Of a DNA stretch of 64,000 bases, positions 28,145-38,793 are shown piece by piece. Positions within the stretch are counted from its first letter, which is position 1, and every line of letters starts with the position of its first letter. Below the pieces are notes generated by a model, which saw only the letters and a program-made list of their open reading frames with translations, made no database searches and was not told the origin of the DNA. The translations under genes were made by a program, and so were the position numbers. Source of the stretch: Chloroflexia bacterium. GTDB taxonomy: Bacteria > Chloroflexota > Chloroflexia > QHBQ01 > JADMIH01. The stretch covers positions 7,786 through 71,785 of the forward strand of contig DASVVE010000023.1 of the NCBI GenBank assembly GCA_036386675.1, given 5' to 3'.

Positions 28145-29121
28145 CCGGGGAAAAATGGACTATCGGGGCTAATAGGTTGGGGTGCTTCAGACTCGTGCAA
28201 CACATTGATTTCTTCGCCCAATAGAGCGCATACCACCGGGGCTACTACGTGCGGGTCGCCGCTGGTGTAGACAGTGAGCCGCCCCACATGCCCGTCGGCG
28301 CGGAGCAGGTGCCGGGTTTCGAGCACCCGGCGGGTCTGCATGGCTACGCCCCCGCTAGAGTCGATTAGCTGCACGTCGTCTCCGGCTATCCTATGAAGGA
28401 CTGAGTTCAGGAACGGATAATGAGTGCAGCCTAGCACAATGCAGTCCGCCCCGGCTTCGAGCATAGGTGCCACTGCGGCCTCTACCGCTTCCTCAGTTTC
28501 GGGGGTGTCAAGCTCACCCCGCTCTACCGCTTCCACCATGCCCACCGGGGCCGTAGTGACAACACGCACGCCCGCCGGGGTGGCGAACCGCTCTATCACA
28601 TCGGCCAGCAAACGTCCCCTGAGCGCGGCGGGTGTGGCAAGCACGCCTACTGTGCCGGTCCGGGTCATGGCTACGGCGGGCTTGACGGCGGGTACCAGGC
28701 CAACGATAGGGGCGGTGTAGCGGGCACGCAAGTGTTCAAGCCCAGCGGCGGAGGCGGTGTTACAGGCCACCACAAGCGTCTTGGCACCCTGGCCGAAGAC
28801 AAACTCGGCCACCTCCAGCGCCCGATTGCGCAGCCATTCGTCCGAGCGCCCGCCGTAGGGGCAGTAGGCGCTATCGGCATAGAAGACAATGTCCTCCTGG
28901 GGCAGCAAGCGCCGTATCTCAGCTACAATGGAGAGGCCACCCAGCCCGGAGTCGTACGCGCCTATGGGGCAGAGAGACGCCAACTCGGAGAAGGGTCCGG
29001 GTAATTGCGCTACGGCGCTGGAGCCTACCGCGTTCCGAATTGAAGGTGGTAGGGGCACATTCTGCTCCACCTGCCCCTGGGCATTCCGAGCGGGTGGCGC
29101 GCCCGACGCTGGGCTAGACAT
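28141..29121 (-). CDS. murI: Glutamate racemase
   Basis: IGAYDSGLGGLSI, VVACNTASA and VLGCTHYPFL are present. About 55 aa of N-terminal extension make the start uncertain. Confidence 0.9.
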   Translation of the reverse strand: MSSPASGAPPARNAQGQVEQNVPLPPSIRNAVGSSAVAQLPGPFSELASLCPIGAYDSGLGGLSIVAEIRRLLPQEDIVFYADSAYCPYGGRSDEWLRNRALEVAEFVFGQGAKTLVVACNTASAAGLEHLRARYTAPIVGLVPAVKPAVAMTRTGTVGVLATPAALRGRLLADVIERFATPAGVRVVTTAPVGMVEAVERGELDTPETEEAVEAAVAPMLEAGADCIVLGCTHYPFLNSVLHRIAGDDVQLIDSSGGVAMQTRRVLETRHLLRADGHVGRLTVYTSGDPHVVAPVVCALLGEEINVLHESEAPQPISPDSPFFPG

Positions 29122-29192
29122 CGTTGTGCTCGTTGGGTTTCATGCGCTAGCTAGTATCGCGCGCCGCGCGGGGGTTGTCAAGCGGGGCGATG

Positions 29193-29347
29193 CTGAAACG
29201 TGAAACGTGAAACGTGAAACGTGATGCGGTAAGGATTATAGGGTACGTGAATTCAACCCTGCTCCTAAGACGTGACCCTGCTCCAACTTCCCCGATTCAC
29301 GCACCCTCTTTAGCAAGCCGCATCACGGTTCACGTTTCACGTTTCAG
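29193..29347. repeat. Family 1 palindromic element, short form (no inner module)
   Basis: CTGAAACGT x4 then GATGCGG ... GGGTACGTGAATTC ... GATTCACGCACC ... GCCGCATCACGGTTCACGTTTCACGTTTCAG. Confidence 0.9.
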
Positions 29348-29502
29348 CACCCTCTGCATCATGATATGTAGGAACCACACTGGCATGTTCTCCATCTCCC
29401 ACTTGTGCTCCATGTTGGGCAGAATGTGAGTGTAGTAGCGATAATTGCGCGGCTGGGCTTGTGGCAAGCTTCGGCCCCAGTTGAACTGCGAAAGAGTCTA
29501 AC

Positions 29503-29539
29503 GGAAAAAGAAGACCCGCCACCATATTGATGACGGGTC
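29503..29539 (-). terminator. Intrinsic terminator after rseP
   Basis: On the minus strand, the GACCCG...CGGGTC stem (29513-29539) is followed by UUCUUUUUCC, 22 nt after the rseP stop. Confidence 0.55.
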
Positions 29540-29560
29540 GCATAGCCGGTTATTAGCAGC

Positions 29561-30859
29561 CTAAGGCATGAGGCCTTGCCCGCTGAGCAAGCGCTGTACG
29601 TCGAAGAAGGTAATCAGGGCCATCAGCCCCAGCAGCACGACCATGCCCGCGAAGTGCACCATCGCCTCTTTTTCGGGGGCTATGCGGCGGCCACCTCTCA
29701 ACAGCTCGATGAAGATAAACAACAGGCGTCCGCCGTCCAGCGCGGGCAGGGGCATGAGATTTATCATGAAGAGCGATATGCCAAGCAGCGCGGTCAGGGT
29801 CAGCAGGCCGTTGAAGCCGGTCTCCTGCGCTACCTCTCCCGTTAGCTGGCTGATACCGACCACGCCCGCTACACCAGGACCCTGTGAGGTACCCGCAAGC
29901 GCCTGGGCTATACCCCTTGGTATGCTCGTTATGACGTCCCAGGTGCTGTTCAGAGAGCGGCCAAGGGCTTCGGTGGGGCTGTAATAGACTGTGGTGAGGG
30001 GCCGGTCCAGGGTGAAGCCGTACGACCTTGGTTGGGAGCCGGTGCCTATATCCAGCGTTAGCGGACCGACCCTCTGGCCGTTGCGCTCCACAACGACGGT
30101 GGGGCTTGTCTTGCTGCTAGCCAGGAGGGCGCTCACGTGGGCATCAACGTTGACCGGAGTGCCGTTTACCTCAACGATGATATCCCCAGGTTGCAATCCT
30201 GCCTGGCTCGCTACGCTATTGGGGCGTACCTCCCCCACTTTCACCGGACTGAGTGCGAAGCCCAGGCTTATACCGAGCGGAGGGTCGCCCTGCGGCGTGA
30301 CGGTAAGATCGACCCTCTCGCCGTTGCGCATAACGGTGTACTTGGTTGGCTTCCCCAGGTTGGAGCGGCTGGCAGTTCGCAACTCATTGTCGTTGGCGAT
30401 AGGCTGGCTGTTAACCGCTACTATGACGTCACCGATTTGCATGCCGCCACGTTCCGCGGGGGAATTCTCAACCACGCCACCGATGGCTGTGAAAGGAGCG
30501 TCCACCTGCTGCGTGCCTGCGATGGAGGTGCCCGCGAAGATCAGGATGGCGAGCAACAGGTTCATGGTCGAGCCTGCCGCGAGCACGATGATGCGCTTCC
30601 AGGCAGGGGCTTTGCCGAACGAGCGCGGGTCGTCAGAGTCGCCGTTCTCCCCGGTAATTTTTACAAAGCCGCCGATGGGCAGCCAGTTCATCGAATAGTC
30701 AATGCCGTTGCGGCGTATGGCGAACATGCGCGGCGGGAACCCGATACCGAACTCCTCCACCTTGATCCCCAGCCAGATAGCCGTCAAGAAGTGCCCTAGC
30801 TCGTGGACGACAATCAGCACGCCCAGCACAGGAAACACCCACAACCAAGCCCAATCCAT
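29561..30859 (-). CDS. rseP: RIP metalloprotease RseP (site-2 protease, M50)
   Basis: The HELGHFLTA zinc motif sits in the first TM region. Two PDZ-like segments and the C-terminal NLMPLPALDGGRL motif are present. Confidence 0.9.
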   Translation of the reverse strand: MDWAWLWVFPVLGVLIVVHELGHFLTAIWLGIKVEEFGIGFPPRMFAIRRNGIDYSMNWLPIGGFVKITGENGDSDDPRSFGKAPAWKRIIVLAAGSTMNLLLAILIFAGTSIAGTQQVDAPFTAIGGVVENSPAERGGMQIGDVIVAVNSQPIANDNELRTASRSNLGKPTKYTVMRNGERVDLTVTPQGDPPLGISLGFALSPVKVGEVRPNSVASQAGLQPGDIIVEVNGTPVNVDAHVSALLASSKTSPTVVVERNGQRVGPLTLDIGTGSQPRSYGFTLDRPLTTVYYSPTEALGRSLNSTWDVITSIPRGIAQALAGTSQGPGVAGVVGISQLTGEVAQETGFNGLLTLTALLGISLFMINLMPLPALDGGRLLFIFIELLRGGRRIAPEKEAMVHFAGMVVLLGLMALITFFDVQRLLSGQGLMP

Positions 30860-30883
30860 TACTTACTCCGTTTTCTGAGGCGT

Positions 30884-30969
30884 AAAACGTGAAACGTGAT
30901 GCGGCAAGGCTCACATGCTCACTAATAAAGAACCAAGTTCCACAAGTCTCATCACGTTTCACGTTTCAC
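30884..30969. repeat. Family 1 palindromic element, minimal form
   Basis: AAAACGTGAAACGTGATGCGGC ... GTCTCATCACGTTTCACGTTTCAC. The right arm contains the dxr stop codon (30952-30954). Confidence 0.85.
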
Positions 30970-32178
30970 CAAATCCAACGCCGTCTGCCTTGCCCACTCG
31001 TCAGCCCACTTGATCGATTCGATGTCGGGCCGGTCTACCGTGACGGCGACGTGCTTTTCAAGCACACCCTCTATTATACCAGGAATGTCCCCAAACCGCA
31101 GTTGCCCGGCCAGGAAGGCAGGCACGGCAATCTCGTCGGCGGCGGCCAGTACGGTCGGGTAGGTGCCCCCTTTGCGGCCCGCCTCAAACGCCAGGCTGAG
31201 GCACCTGAAGCGGCCGGTGTCTACCGCCTCGAAGTGGAGCGCGCCTATGCTCGCCCAGTCGGCGCGGGGGTGGGCGGCGTTGGGGTAGCGGTGCGGGTAG
31301 GTGAGGGCGTACTGGATGGGCACGCGCATGTCGGGGATGCCAAGCTGAGCCTTGGCCGAACCGTCGGTGAAGCGCACCATCGAGTGGATGATGCTCTCCG
31401 GGTGCACGACCACTTCAATGTCGTCAAAAGGCACTCCGAACAGCCAGTGCGCCTCTATTACCTCCAGCCCCTTGTTCATCAGGGTGGCAGAGTCGATAGT
31501 CACCTTGGCACCCATGTTCCAGGTGGGGTGGTTGAGGGCCTGTTGCGGGGTGGCGTTGTAAGTGCTCTCCTGGTCCCATGTGCGGAAGGGGCCGCCGGAG
31601 GCCGTCAGCACCAGCTTCTCAATCACGTCCCACGCGCCGCTCGCGCCCCTGGTAGCCTCCCGTTCCGGCGCTTCCGGCTCGCCGGCCAGGCACTGCCAGA
31701 TGGCGCTGTGCTCGCTATCTATAGGGCGTATGCGGGTGCCCATGCGGCGCGCGAGGCCGGTCACCAACTCCCCCGCCATCACCAGCGCCTCCTTGTTGGC
31801 AAGGGCCACTTCTTTCCCCGCCTCAAGCGCGGCCAGCGTGGGCGCGAACCCGGCATGCCCGGTGGTGGCAACCACTACGATATCTACGTCGGGGTGCCGA
31901 GCGAGTTCCTCCAGTCCTGCCTCGCCTGCGAGTAAGGGCGGACCGCCGTCCGAGGCCGCCGACGCCGCTGCTTCATCTGCCAGCGCCAGTATCAAAGGGG
32001 GTTGCGGCAAGGCACGGGCCTGTGCCAACAGAGCATCCCGGTCACGCCCCGCAGCCAAAGCCACCACGCGTAAGCGCCCCTCAAGACGGCTCACCACGTC
32101 GAGTGTCTGGCGGCCAATCGAGCCGGTGGAGCCTAGCAGGGCTATGTTTATGGGGGATTTATCGGGGTTGTAGGTCAT
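30952..32178 (-). CDS. dxr: 1-deoxy-D-xylulose-5-phosphate reductoisomerase
   Basis: INIALLGSTGSIGRQTL, NKEALV, DSEHSAI and NHPTWNMG are present. ATG 32178 begins the conserved N terminus; the longer track ORF runs into a repeat element. The C terminus VKRET plus stop is encoded by the GAAACGT repeat. Confidence 0.9.
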   Translation of the reverse strand: MTYNPDKSPINIALLGSTGSIGRQTLDVVSRLEGRLRVVALAAGRDRDALLAQARALPQPPLILALADEAAASAASDGGPPLLAGEAGLEELARHPDVDIVVVATTGHAGFAPTLAALEAGKEVALANKEALVMAGELVTGLARRMGTRIRPIDSEHSAIWQCLAGEPEAPEREATRGASGAWDVIEKLVLTASGGPFRTWDQESTYNATPQQALNHPTWNMGAKVTIDSATLMNKGLEVIEAHWLFGVPFDDIEVVVHPESIIHSMVRFTDGSAKAQLGIPDMRVPIQYALTYPHRYPNAAHPRADWASIGALHFEAVDTGRFRCLSLAFEAGRKGGTYPTVLAAADEIAVPAFLAGQLRFGDIPGIIEGVLEKHVAVTVDRPDIESIKWADEWARQTALDLVKRET

Positions 32179-32242
32179 ATGTGTGATAAGTGATCGTTGA
32201 GAGTAGCTGGTACGTAAATGCATCCCCGCCCGGCCTGATGCA

Positions 32243-32406
32243 CTCTGTTTCACTTTGTCATCCTGAGCGCAGCGAAGGATCAGGTGGGTAGATAAGAGTC
32301 CCCAACATTGGGGATGCTCATGGCAAGAGAAACACTGGTCCCTGAAAAGTAAGAGTCAAGAACGGGCTACTGATCCTTCGCTGCGCTCAGGATGACAGAG
32401 TGAAAC
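32243..32406. repeat. Variant inner-module inverted repeat (TGTCATCCTGAGCGCAGCGAAGGATCAG) extended by GTTTCAC/GTGAAAC
   Basis: The left arm CTCTGTTTCACTTTGTCATCCTGAGCGCAGCGAAGGATCAG is mirrored by CTGATCCTTCGCTGCGCTCAGGATGACAGAGTGAAAC. Confidence 0.85.
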
Positions 32407-32462
32407 TTGGTTCCTCTAATCTGGGGTCTAATAAACATCACATCGCTTGAGCAAAATCAGTC

Positions 32463-33371
32463 TTACCTCAGCAAGCGTAAGGGCAGATACAGTGCCAGGG
32501 AAATCAATATGGGGCCGTGGCTAAGTTCTACCAGGGCGCGGGCCAGGTCCACAGCGCGAGGGTGAAGGCGGTGCGCGCCTGAAGCGGCCTCCATCAGGGG
32601 GCGCGTGAGATAGCTGACGATCAGCCCTATGCCGATAAGGGACGCAATAATGAGGCCGAAAATCAGCAGCCAGGTAGGCTCAGTCAGTTGGTTCAGCAAG
32701 TTGAGCGAAACGACCACGGTGGAGAGTAGGGTCGCCAACAGCAGCGCCACACCGGCGGGCAACAGGCTTCCCTGCCTGGTAATGCGCCGTAGGGCCAATA
32801 GTATGGCCTCGAACAAGATGGGCGGCAGTAGCACCGAGAGCAGGAAGACGCGAGGCCCCAGGTTGCTGCCGAACACCCCCAACAGCAGCCACATGGCATG
32901 CACGCCCAACGACGCGTACAGGGCCATCGACATCACCAGCGCCCAGTCACGGAGCGCCCGCTGAAGGTCACGGCGGCCCAGGTGCGCTACCAATGTGAGT
33001 GCCGCCACAGGCCCGAGCGCGTCCACCAGGCGGGAAGGAGTGTTGGTGACCAGGGTGGGCAGCGTAAGTGCCACGTAAGCCCCAACACTGAGCGCGGCCC
33101 AGCCCCAGCGCAACGATGCAGGGCCTTCAAACAGGTTGCTAGCTGCCGCGCCCACCACGAACGCACCCCACACCAGCAGGGTCGCCACAACGGGGTTGAG
33201 CAGCGTCCACGACAGCAACCACGAAAGCGGGCTGCCAACCGACATCAACAGGAGGATGACGGCCGCCAGTACGAGTTTCCAGGCGAGGTTGAGCCAGCTT
33301 GAGCGAGGGCCGCTGGGGTTTGTAACGCGCTCGGCAGTGGGGCCTGGTGTGGCAGTGGGCGAACCCCGCAT
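32463..33371 (-). CDS. Polytopic membrane protein of unknown function, in the position normally held by cdsA
   Basis: About 8 hydrophobic helices. ATG 33371 lies 10 nt after the uppS stop. I cannot find the CdsA signature (S-x-x-K-R...K-D...P-G-H-G-G-x-x-D-R-x-D). Confidence 0.6.
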   Translation of the reverse strand: MRGSPTATPGPTAERVTNPSGPRSSWLNLAWKLVLAAVILLLMSVGSPLSWLLSWTLLNPVVATLLVWGAFVVGAAASNLFEGPASLRWGWAALSVGAYVALTLPTLVTNTPSRLVDALGPVAALTLVAHLGRRDLQRALRDWALVMSMALYASLGVHAMWLLLGVFGSNLGPRVFLLSVLLPPILFEAILLALRRITRQGSLLPAGVALLLATLLSTVVVSLNLLNQLTEPTWLLIFGLIIASLIGIGLIVSYLTRPLMEAASGAHRLHPRAVDLARALVELSHGPILISLALYLPLRLLR

Positions 33372-33381
33372 CGACTTCGCG

Positions 33382-34224
33382 CTAGACCGCCGCGGGGTCG
33401 GGGCTGTTGGAGACGGAGGCCTGCTCGTCCACCGGGGTGGCGGTATCGGTTTCGCCGGTGTCGGCGCCGGGGGTGAAAGGCAAGCCGTTGTGCTCGGCGT
33501 ATTCTCGGTACTCTTCGGGCAGGATGCCGCCGAATTTGCGGTGCCTGCGGCCATATTCCCTGATGGCCTCAGCGAAGGCTTCCTTGTCGAAGTCGGGCCA
33601 GGTGGTCGGGGTCGAATAGTATTCGGAGTAGGCGGCCTGCCACAGCAGGAAGTTGCTCAGGCGCATCTCCCCGGCGGTGCGGATAATCAGGTCGGGGTCC
33701 GGCGTGCCCGCTGTGTCGAGGTGCGTCGAAATCAGTTCCTCGGTGATGTCTTCGGGCTTGACCCCCTGCGCGACCAGCTTGCGCACGGCCCGCACCACGT
33801 CGTCGCGGCCGCCGTAGTTGAAGCACACGCTCAGGATGAGGCGGCTGTTGTGCTTGGTGGTCTCAAGCGAGTAGGCGATGGCATCTTGCAGGGCCTGGGG
33901 TACGTTCTCCATATGGCCCAGGTGCCGTATCTGCACCCCCTCTCGGTCGAGTTCGGGCGTCTCGCGCTCTATCACCTCGGCCAGGATGCGCATGAGGCCC
34001 TGGACCTCGCTGTCGGGCCTATTCCAGTTCTCGGTGGAGAAGGCGTACACGGTGAGGTACTTTACGCCGTTCTCGACGCAGGCATGCACGATGCGCCGGA
34101 TGTTCTCGGTGCCCGCCCGGTGCCCCATGAGCCTCGGCTTCCCGCGCTGCCGCGCCCACCGCCCATTACCATCCATGATGATGGCAACGTGCTGAGGCTT
34201 GAGATCTGAGTTCGCTTCGCTCAT
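33382..34224 (-). CDS. uppS: Isoprenyl transferase (undecaprenyl diphosphate synthase family)
   Basis: HVAIIMDGNGRWA, FSTENWNRP and RTAGEMRLSNFLLWQAAYSE are present. There is a C-terminal acidic extension of about 45 aa. Confidence 0.9.
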   Translation of the reverse strand: MSEANSDLKPQHVAIIMDGNGRWARQRGKPRLMGHRAGTENIRRIVHACVENGVKYLTVYAFSTENWNRPDSEVQGLMRILAEVIERETPELDREGVQIRHLGHMENVPQALQDAIAYSLETTKHNSRLILSVCFNYGGRDDVVRAVRKLVAQGVKPEDITEELISTHLDTAGTPDPDLIIRTAGEMRLSNFLLWQAAYSEYYSTPTTWPDFDKEAFAEAIREYGRRHRKFGGILPEEYREYAEHNGLPFTPGADTGETDTATPVDEQASVSNSPDPAAV

Positions 34225-34233
34225 AATTCTTCG

Positions 34234-34306
34234 ATTTGGAAATTGGAATTTCGAATTTGATTGGAGTTCCTACTAAATTCGCAATTCGAAATTCCAATTT
34301 CCAAAT
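34234..34306. repeat. Family 2 palindrome
   Basis: ATTTGGAAATTGGAATTTCGAATTT ... AAATTCGCAATTCGAAATTCCAATTTCCAAAT. It fills the frr-uppS gap (frr stop 34309, uppS start 34224). Confidence 0.9.
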
Positions 34307-34308
34307 TC

Positions 34309-35774
<1,466 letters not shown>

Positions 35775-35819
35775 CTATCAGGTTTGGCATTGGTTGGCAA
35801 CAACCTGAGTGCTTGCGTT

Positions 35820-35922
35820 CTGAAACGTGAAACGTGAAACGTGATGCGGCTTGTGGGATAGTGTCCCATCTTGGCCTCACTGGTACTTGTAGTACCATCA
35901 CGTTTCACGTTTCACGTTTCAG
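35820..35922. repeat. Family 1 palindromic element, short form
   Basis: CTGAAACGT x3 then GATGCGGC ... CATCACGTTTCACGTTTCACGTTTCAG. It starts 3 nt after the tsf stop, inside the tsf-pyrH gap. Confidence 0.9.
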
Positions 35923-35924
35923 CC

Positions 35925-36467
35925 CTACGCGCCTGTGCCGTTGTTGCTGTCGCTGGCTTGCTGGGAGCCGCCCGCGGTGCCTACTTCAAAGCGGATGAAG
36001 CGGCTGATCTGGATGTTCTCACCCAGCTTGCCGATGGCTTCCTTTACCAGGTCGCGGATGGTCTTGCGGGGGTCGCGGATGTACTCCTGGTCCAGCAGGG
36101 CGTTGCCGGAGCCTGAGCCGGAGCCACCTTCGAGGGTGCCCACTTCGGCGGGGTCCATCGAAGCCACCTGCATAGCGACCTCGCGGGCCAGCGTGCGGAA
36201 CTCCGGCGTGCGAGCCACAAAGTCGGTCTCGCAATTCACCTCGACCAGCGCACCGATGCGCCCGCCCGTGTGTATGTACGACTCGATTAGACCCTGGCTC
36301 ACTTCTCTACCTGCTACCTTGCTGGACTTGGCTAGTCCCTTCTGGCGCAACGCCTCCACGGCCTTTTCCACGTTGCCGCCGGACTCCTGCAATGCCTTCT
36401 TGCAGTCCATTACGCCGGCGCCAGTCTTCTCGCGCAGTTCCTTTACTGCCTGTGCTGAAATGTCCAC
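35925..36467 (-). CDS. tsf: Elongation factor Ts (short form)
   Basis: ISAQAVKELREKTGAGVMDCKKALQESGGNVEKAVEALRQKG is followed by a dimerisation core. The GTG start at 36467 is preceded by GGAGG. Confidence 0.85.
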   Translation of the reverse strand: MDISAQAVKELREKTGAGVMDCKKALQESGGNVEKAVEALRQKGLAKSSKVAGREVSQGLIESYIHTGGRIGALVEVNCETDFVARTPEFRTLAREVAMQVASMDPAEVGTLEGGSGSGSGNALLDQEYIRDPRKTIRDLVKEAIGKLGENIQISRFIRFEVGTAGGSQQASDSNNGTGA

Positions 36468-36483
36468 ATTTACCTCCAAGTGA

Positions 36484-36512
36484 GTTGTTAGTTGTTGGTC
36501 CTTAGTTGTTAG
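36484..36512. repeat. GTTGTTAGTTGTTGG-type simple repeat
   Basis: GTTGTTAGTTGTTGGTCCTTAGTTGTTAG lies just upstream of tsf. A related string occurs at 62069-62099. Confidence 0.5.
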
Positions 36513-36572
36513 CCTTGCGTCGTTGCATGTTCCGAGCAACTCACCACCCGAAACGCATAACTCAAAACTCGC

Positions 36573-36604
36573 AAAAAGGGGGCCAAGCTTACCCAGCCGC
36601 CCCC
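36573..36604 (-). terminator. Hairpin plus U-tract between rpsB and tsf (terminator/attenuator)
   Basis: The minus strand reads GGGGGC-(15 nt)-GCCCCC followed by UUUUUG. Confidence 0.5.
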
Positions 36605-36656
36605 ATTCTTGTTGCCTGCTCTATCTGGCTACATGGTAGCTGGTGATTATTGCTTC

Positions 36657-37631
36657 CTATACCTCGGCGTCGTCGGGGGTGAAGCTATACTCGCCCGGCT
36701 CTATCGTGTAGTCAACGTCCACATCGGCCCGCATGCTCTCGCGGCGCTGTGCGCCTTCAAGAGAAGCGTCGGCCATCTTGGCGGTGATGATTCGCACGGC
36801 GCGAATAGCGTCATCGTTGGAGGGGATCACGTAGTCCACCTCATCGGGGTCGGCGTTGGTATCCACCATAGCCACGACCGGGATGCCCAGCTTGATTGCC
36901 TCTGTAATGGCGATACGCTCGCGGTGGGTGTCCACGATGAACACGGCATCGGGCAGGTCGCGCATGTCCTTGATACCACCCAGCAGGGCGTTGAGCTTCT
37001 CGATCTTCTCTTCGAGCTTAGCGGCCTCGGCCTTGGGCAGGTCGGCAAGCTCGCCGCGTTCCTGGCGGCCCTCAAGGTCGGCAAGGTAGCGCAAGCGGTT
37101 GCGAATCGTGGCGAAGTTGGTGAGCATACCGCCCATCCAGCGCTTGTTCACGAAGTACTGCCCGCCGCGCTCGGCCTCTTCGCGGATGGCCTCCTGGGCC
37201 TGCTTCTTGGTGCCGATGAACAGCACTTTACCGCCGTTGGCTACCAGGTCGCTAACAAAGCCCATCGCCGTTTGCAAGCCGGTAACGGTCTGCTGAAGGT
37301 CGATGATGTGGATGCCGTTGCGCTCGGTGAAGATGTAGGTCTTCATCTTCGGGTTCCAGCGCTTGGTCTGGTGGCCGAAGTGCACGCCCGCCTCAAGCAG
37401 GGCCTTCATGTTGATACCAGTACCACCGCCACCGCCACTGCCACCGCTGCCGTTATCGGAGCCGTTGCCGCCACCATAACCGCGCGTCGGCGGCTGCTGC
37501 TCACGAGCCGGGGCAGGGGCAGGAGCAGGTGCTTCCTCTACCGGGGTCGCGGCCTGTGCGGGTGCGGTATCTACTGTATCTGCCTCGGCAGGGGCTGCCA
37601 ACTGGTCCATGTCCGTATCTGTTGTCGCCAA
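36657..37631 (-). CDS. rpsB: 30S ribosomal protein S2 with a ~74-aa low-complexity N-terminal extension
   Basis: The conserved core starts at [22 protein letters not shown] (ATG 37409). The ORF is open to TTG 37631, which is preceded by GGAGGA with a 6-nt spacer. Confidence 0.9.
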   Translation of the reverse strand: MATTDTDMDQLAAPAEADTVDTAPAQAATPVEEAPAPAPAPAREQQPPTRGYGGGNGSDNGSGGSGGGGGTGINMKALLEAGVHFGHQTKRWNPKMKTYIFTERNGIHIIDLQQTVTGLQTAMGFVSDLVANGGKVLFIGTKKQAQEAIREEAERGGQYFVNKRWMGGMLTNFATIRNRLRYLADLEGRQERGELADLPKAEAAKLEEKIEKLNALLGGIKDMRDLPDAVFIVDTHRERIAITEAIKLGIPVVAMVDTNADPDEVDYVIPSNDDAIRAVRIITAKMADASLEGAQRRESMRADVDVDYTIEPGEYSFTPDDAEV

Positions 37632-37885
37632 AAGAATCCTCCGTCAGTGTTAAACGTCCGCCACCCTCTTTCGCGCCGGGCACGCGAGCCGCTCCTATGT
37701 TTGCGTGTTTCTGGCGGCTGGCGCGCACGTCCCGGCTGGTCAGGTGACGTGCTTGATATGTACTCCGGGGCACGCAATACCCCGACTGTTGCGCGCTTTT
37801 TCAGGTAGGCCCTTTAAGAGCGCCAACGGCAATTATATCATAAGAGACTCATGTGAGACAAGTTCCATGTGCAGTAGTTCAGCAC

Positions 37886-37917
37886 GAAAAGAGCCGGCAA
37901 ACGCTAATCCTGGCTCT
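37886..37917 (-). terminator. Hairpin plus U-tract after the Zn-ribbon membrane protein gene
   Basis: On the minus strand, the AGAGCCAG...CCGGCUCU stem is followed by UUUCGUG, 32 nt after the stop. Confidence 0.45.
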
Positions 37918-37948
37918 CGTGAGCATCAAGGTTGTTTCTCGCAGTCGG

Positions 37949-38593
37949 CTAGTAGACCAACGGTGCCCGCAGTTTGTTGTTGTGGGAGTTGATTGCCACT
38001 ATGGCCCAGACAACACAAACCAGTATGAAACCGAGCCATATTCCGAAAGGTAGCAGCGTTAACCAGCTTATGCCCGAGCTTGTGAATCCAGGATCGTAGT
38101 AGTCCATACCGCCAACGACACGCGTATAAAAGAGAGTCCACGCACCGGCGGAGACCAATAGCATCACGATCCCGCCCCCGGCAGTTGCGTAGAACAGACC
38201 TAGCGGCCCAAACAGCAACGCGAGTATGAATCCCAGCCCAACGCTCTTAGGGGACCGGGCTGAAGCTCTAGCGACAGGCTGGCTGTATTGAGGGTACTGT
38301 GCCTGCGCGGCCGCAGGGGGTGGCCCATAGGCTGCCTGTTGAGGATGATAGGATGGTTGTTCCGGAGGGCCGTAAGGTGGGTGGGAAGGAGATGGTGGAT
38401 AGTAGGGCTGCGCCTGATGCGGTGGTTGGGACGAGTACGCACCTGGCGCTACGGAAGGAGCGGAAGGAGGAATGGCGGCAAGCGGGTTCCCGCACCGGTT
38501 ACAGAAACGCATGCCGGGCGCACTAGCTTGCCCGCAGTTCTGACAGGTAATATCCGTGGGCTGAGTAGAACCGGGAACGTAGGGGCCGCTCAT
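37949..38593 (-). CDS. Zinc-ribbon domain membrane protein with a Pro/Gln/Tyr-rich linker
   Basis: CQNCG...CNRCG zinc ribbon, then a P/Q/Y-rich segment and hydrophobic helices (GLGFILALLFGPLGLFY...). ATG 38593 is preceded by GGAGGG. Confidence 0.6.
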   Translation of the reverse strand: MSGPYVPGSTQPTDITCQNCGQASAPGMRFCNRCGNPLAAIPPSAPSVAPGAYSSQPPHQAQPYYPPSPSHPPYGPPEQPSYHPQQAAYGPPPAAAQAQYPQYSQPVARASARSPKSVGLGFILALLFGPLGLFYATAGGGIVMLLVSAGAWTLFYTRVVGGMDYYDPGFTSSGISWLTLLPFGIWLGFILVCVVWAIVAINSHNNKLRAPLVY

Positions 38594-38793
38594 GATTACC
38601 CTCCAAAGGAGCACTGCGATACCGGATAGTGGTGGCATCGCCAGGCAAACGCTACATTGGCAGCTACTTCGCAGGGGTACGACGAGTGGGAGCATTCAGA
38701 TTTTAGCACTCATCTGGCTGGATGGCAATACCCTTGGAAGGCCTCTACTGAGCGCCAGAATTCTCCTCGATGGGCATCTTCCCGGTGGCTGTC

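Noticed and set aside
32463-33554. Annotating the ORF after uppS as cdsA by synteny
   Set aside because: The CdsA C-terminal signature is not detectable by eye. The long form of the ORF also overlaps uppS. It is called only as a membrane protein of unknown function.
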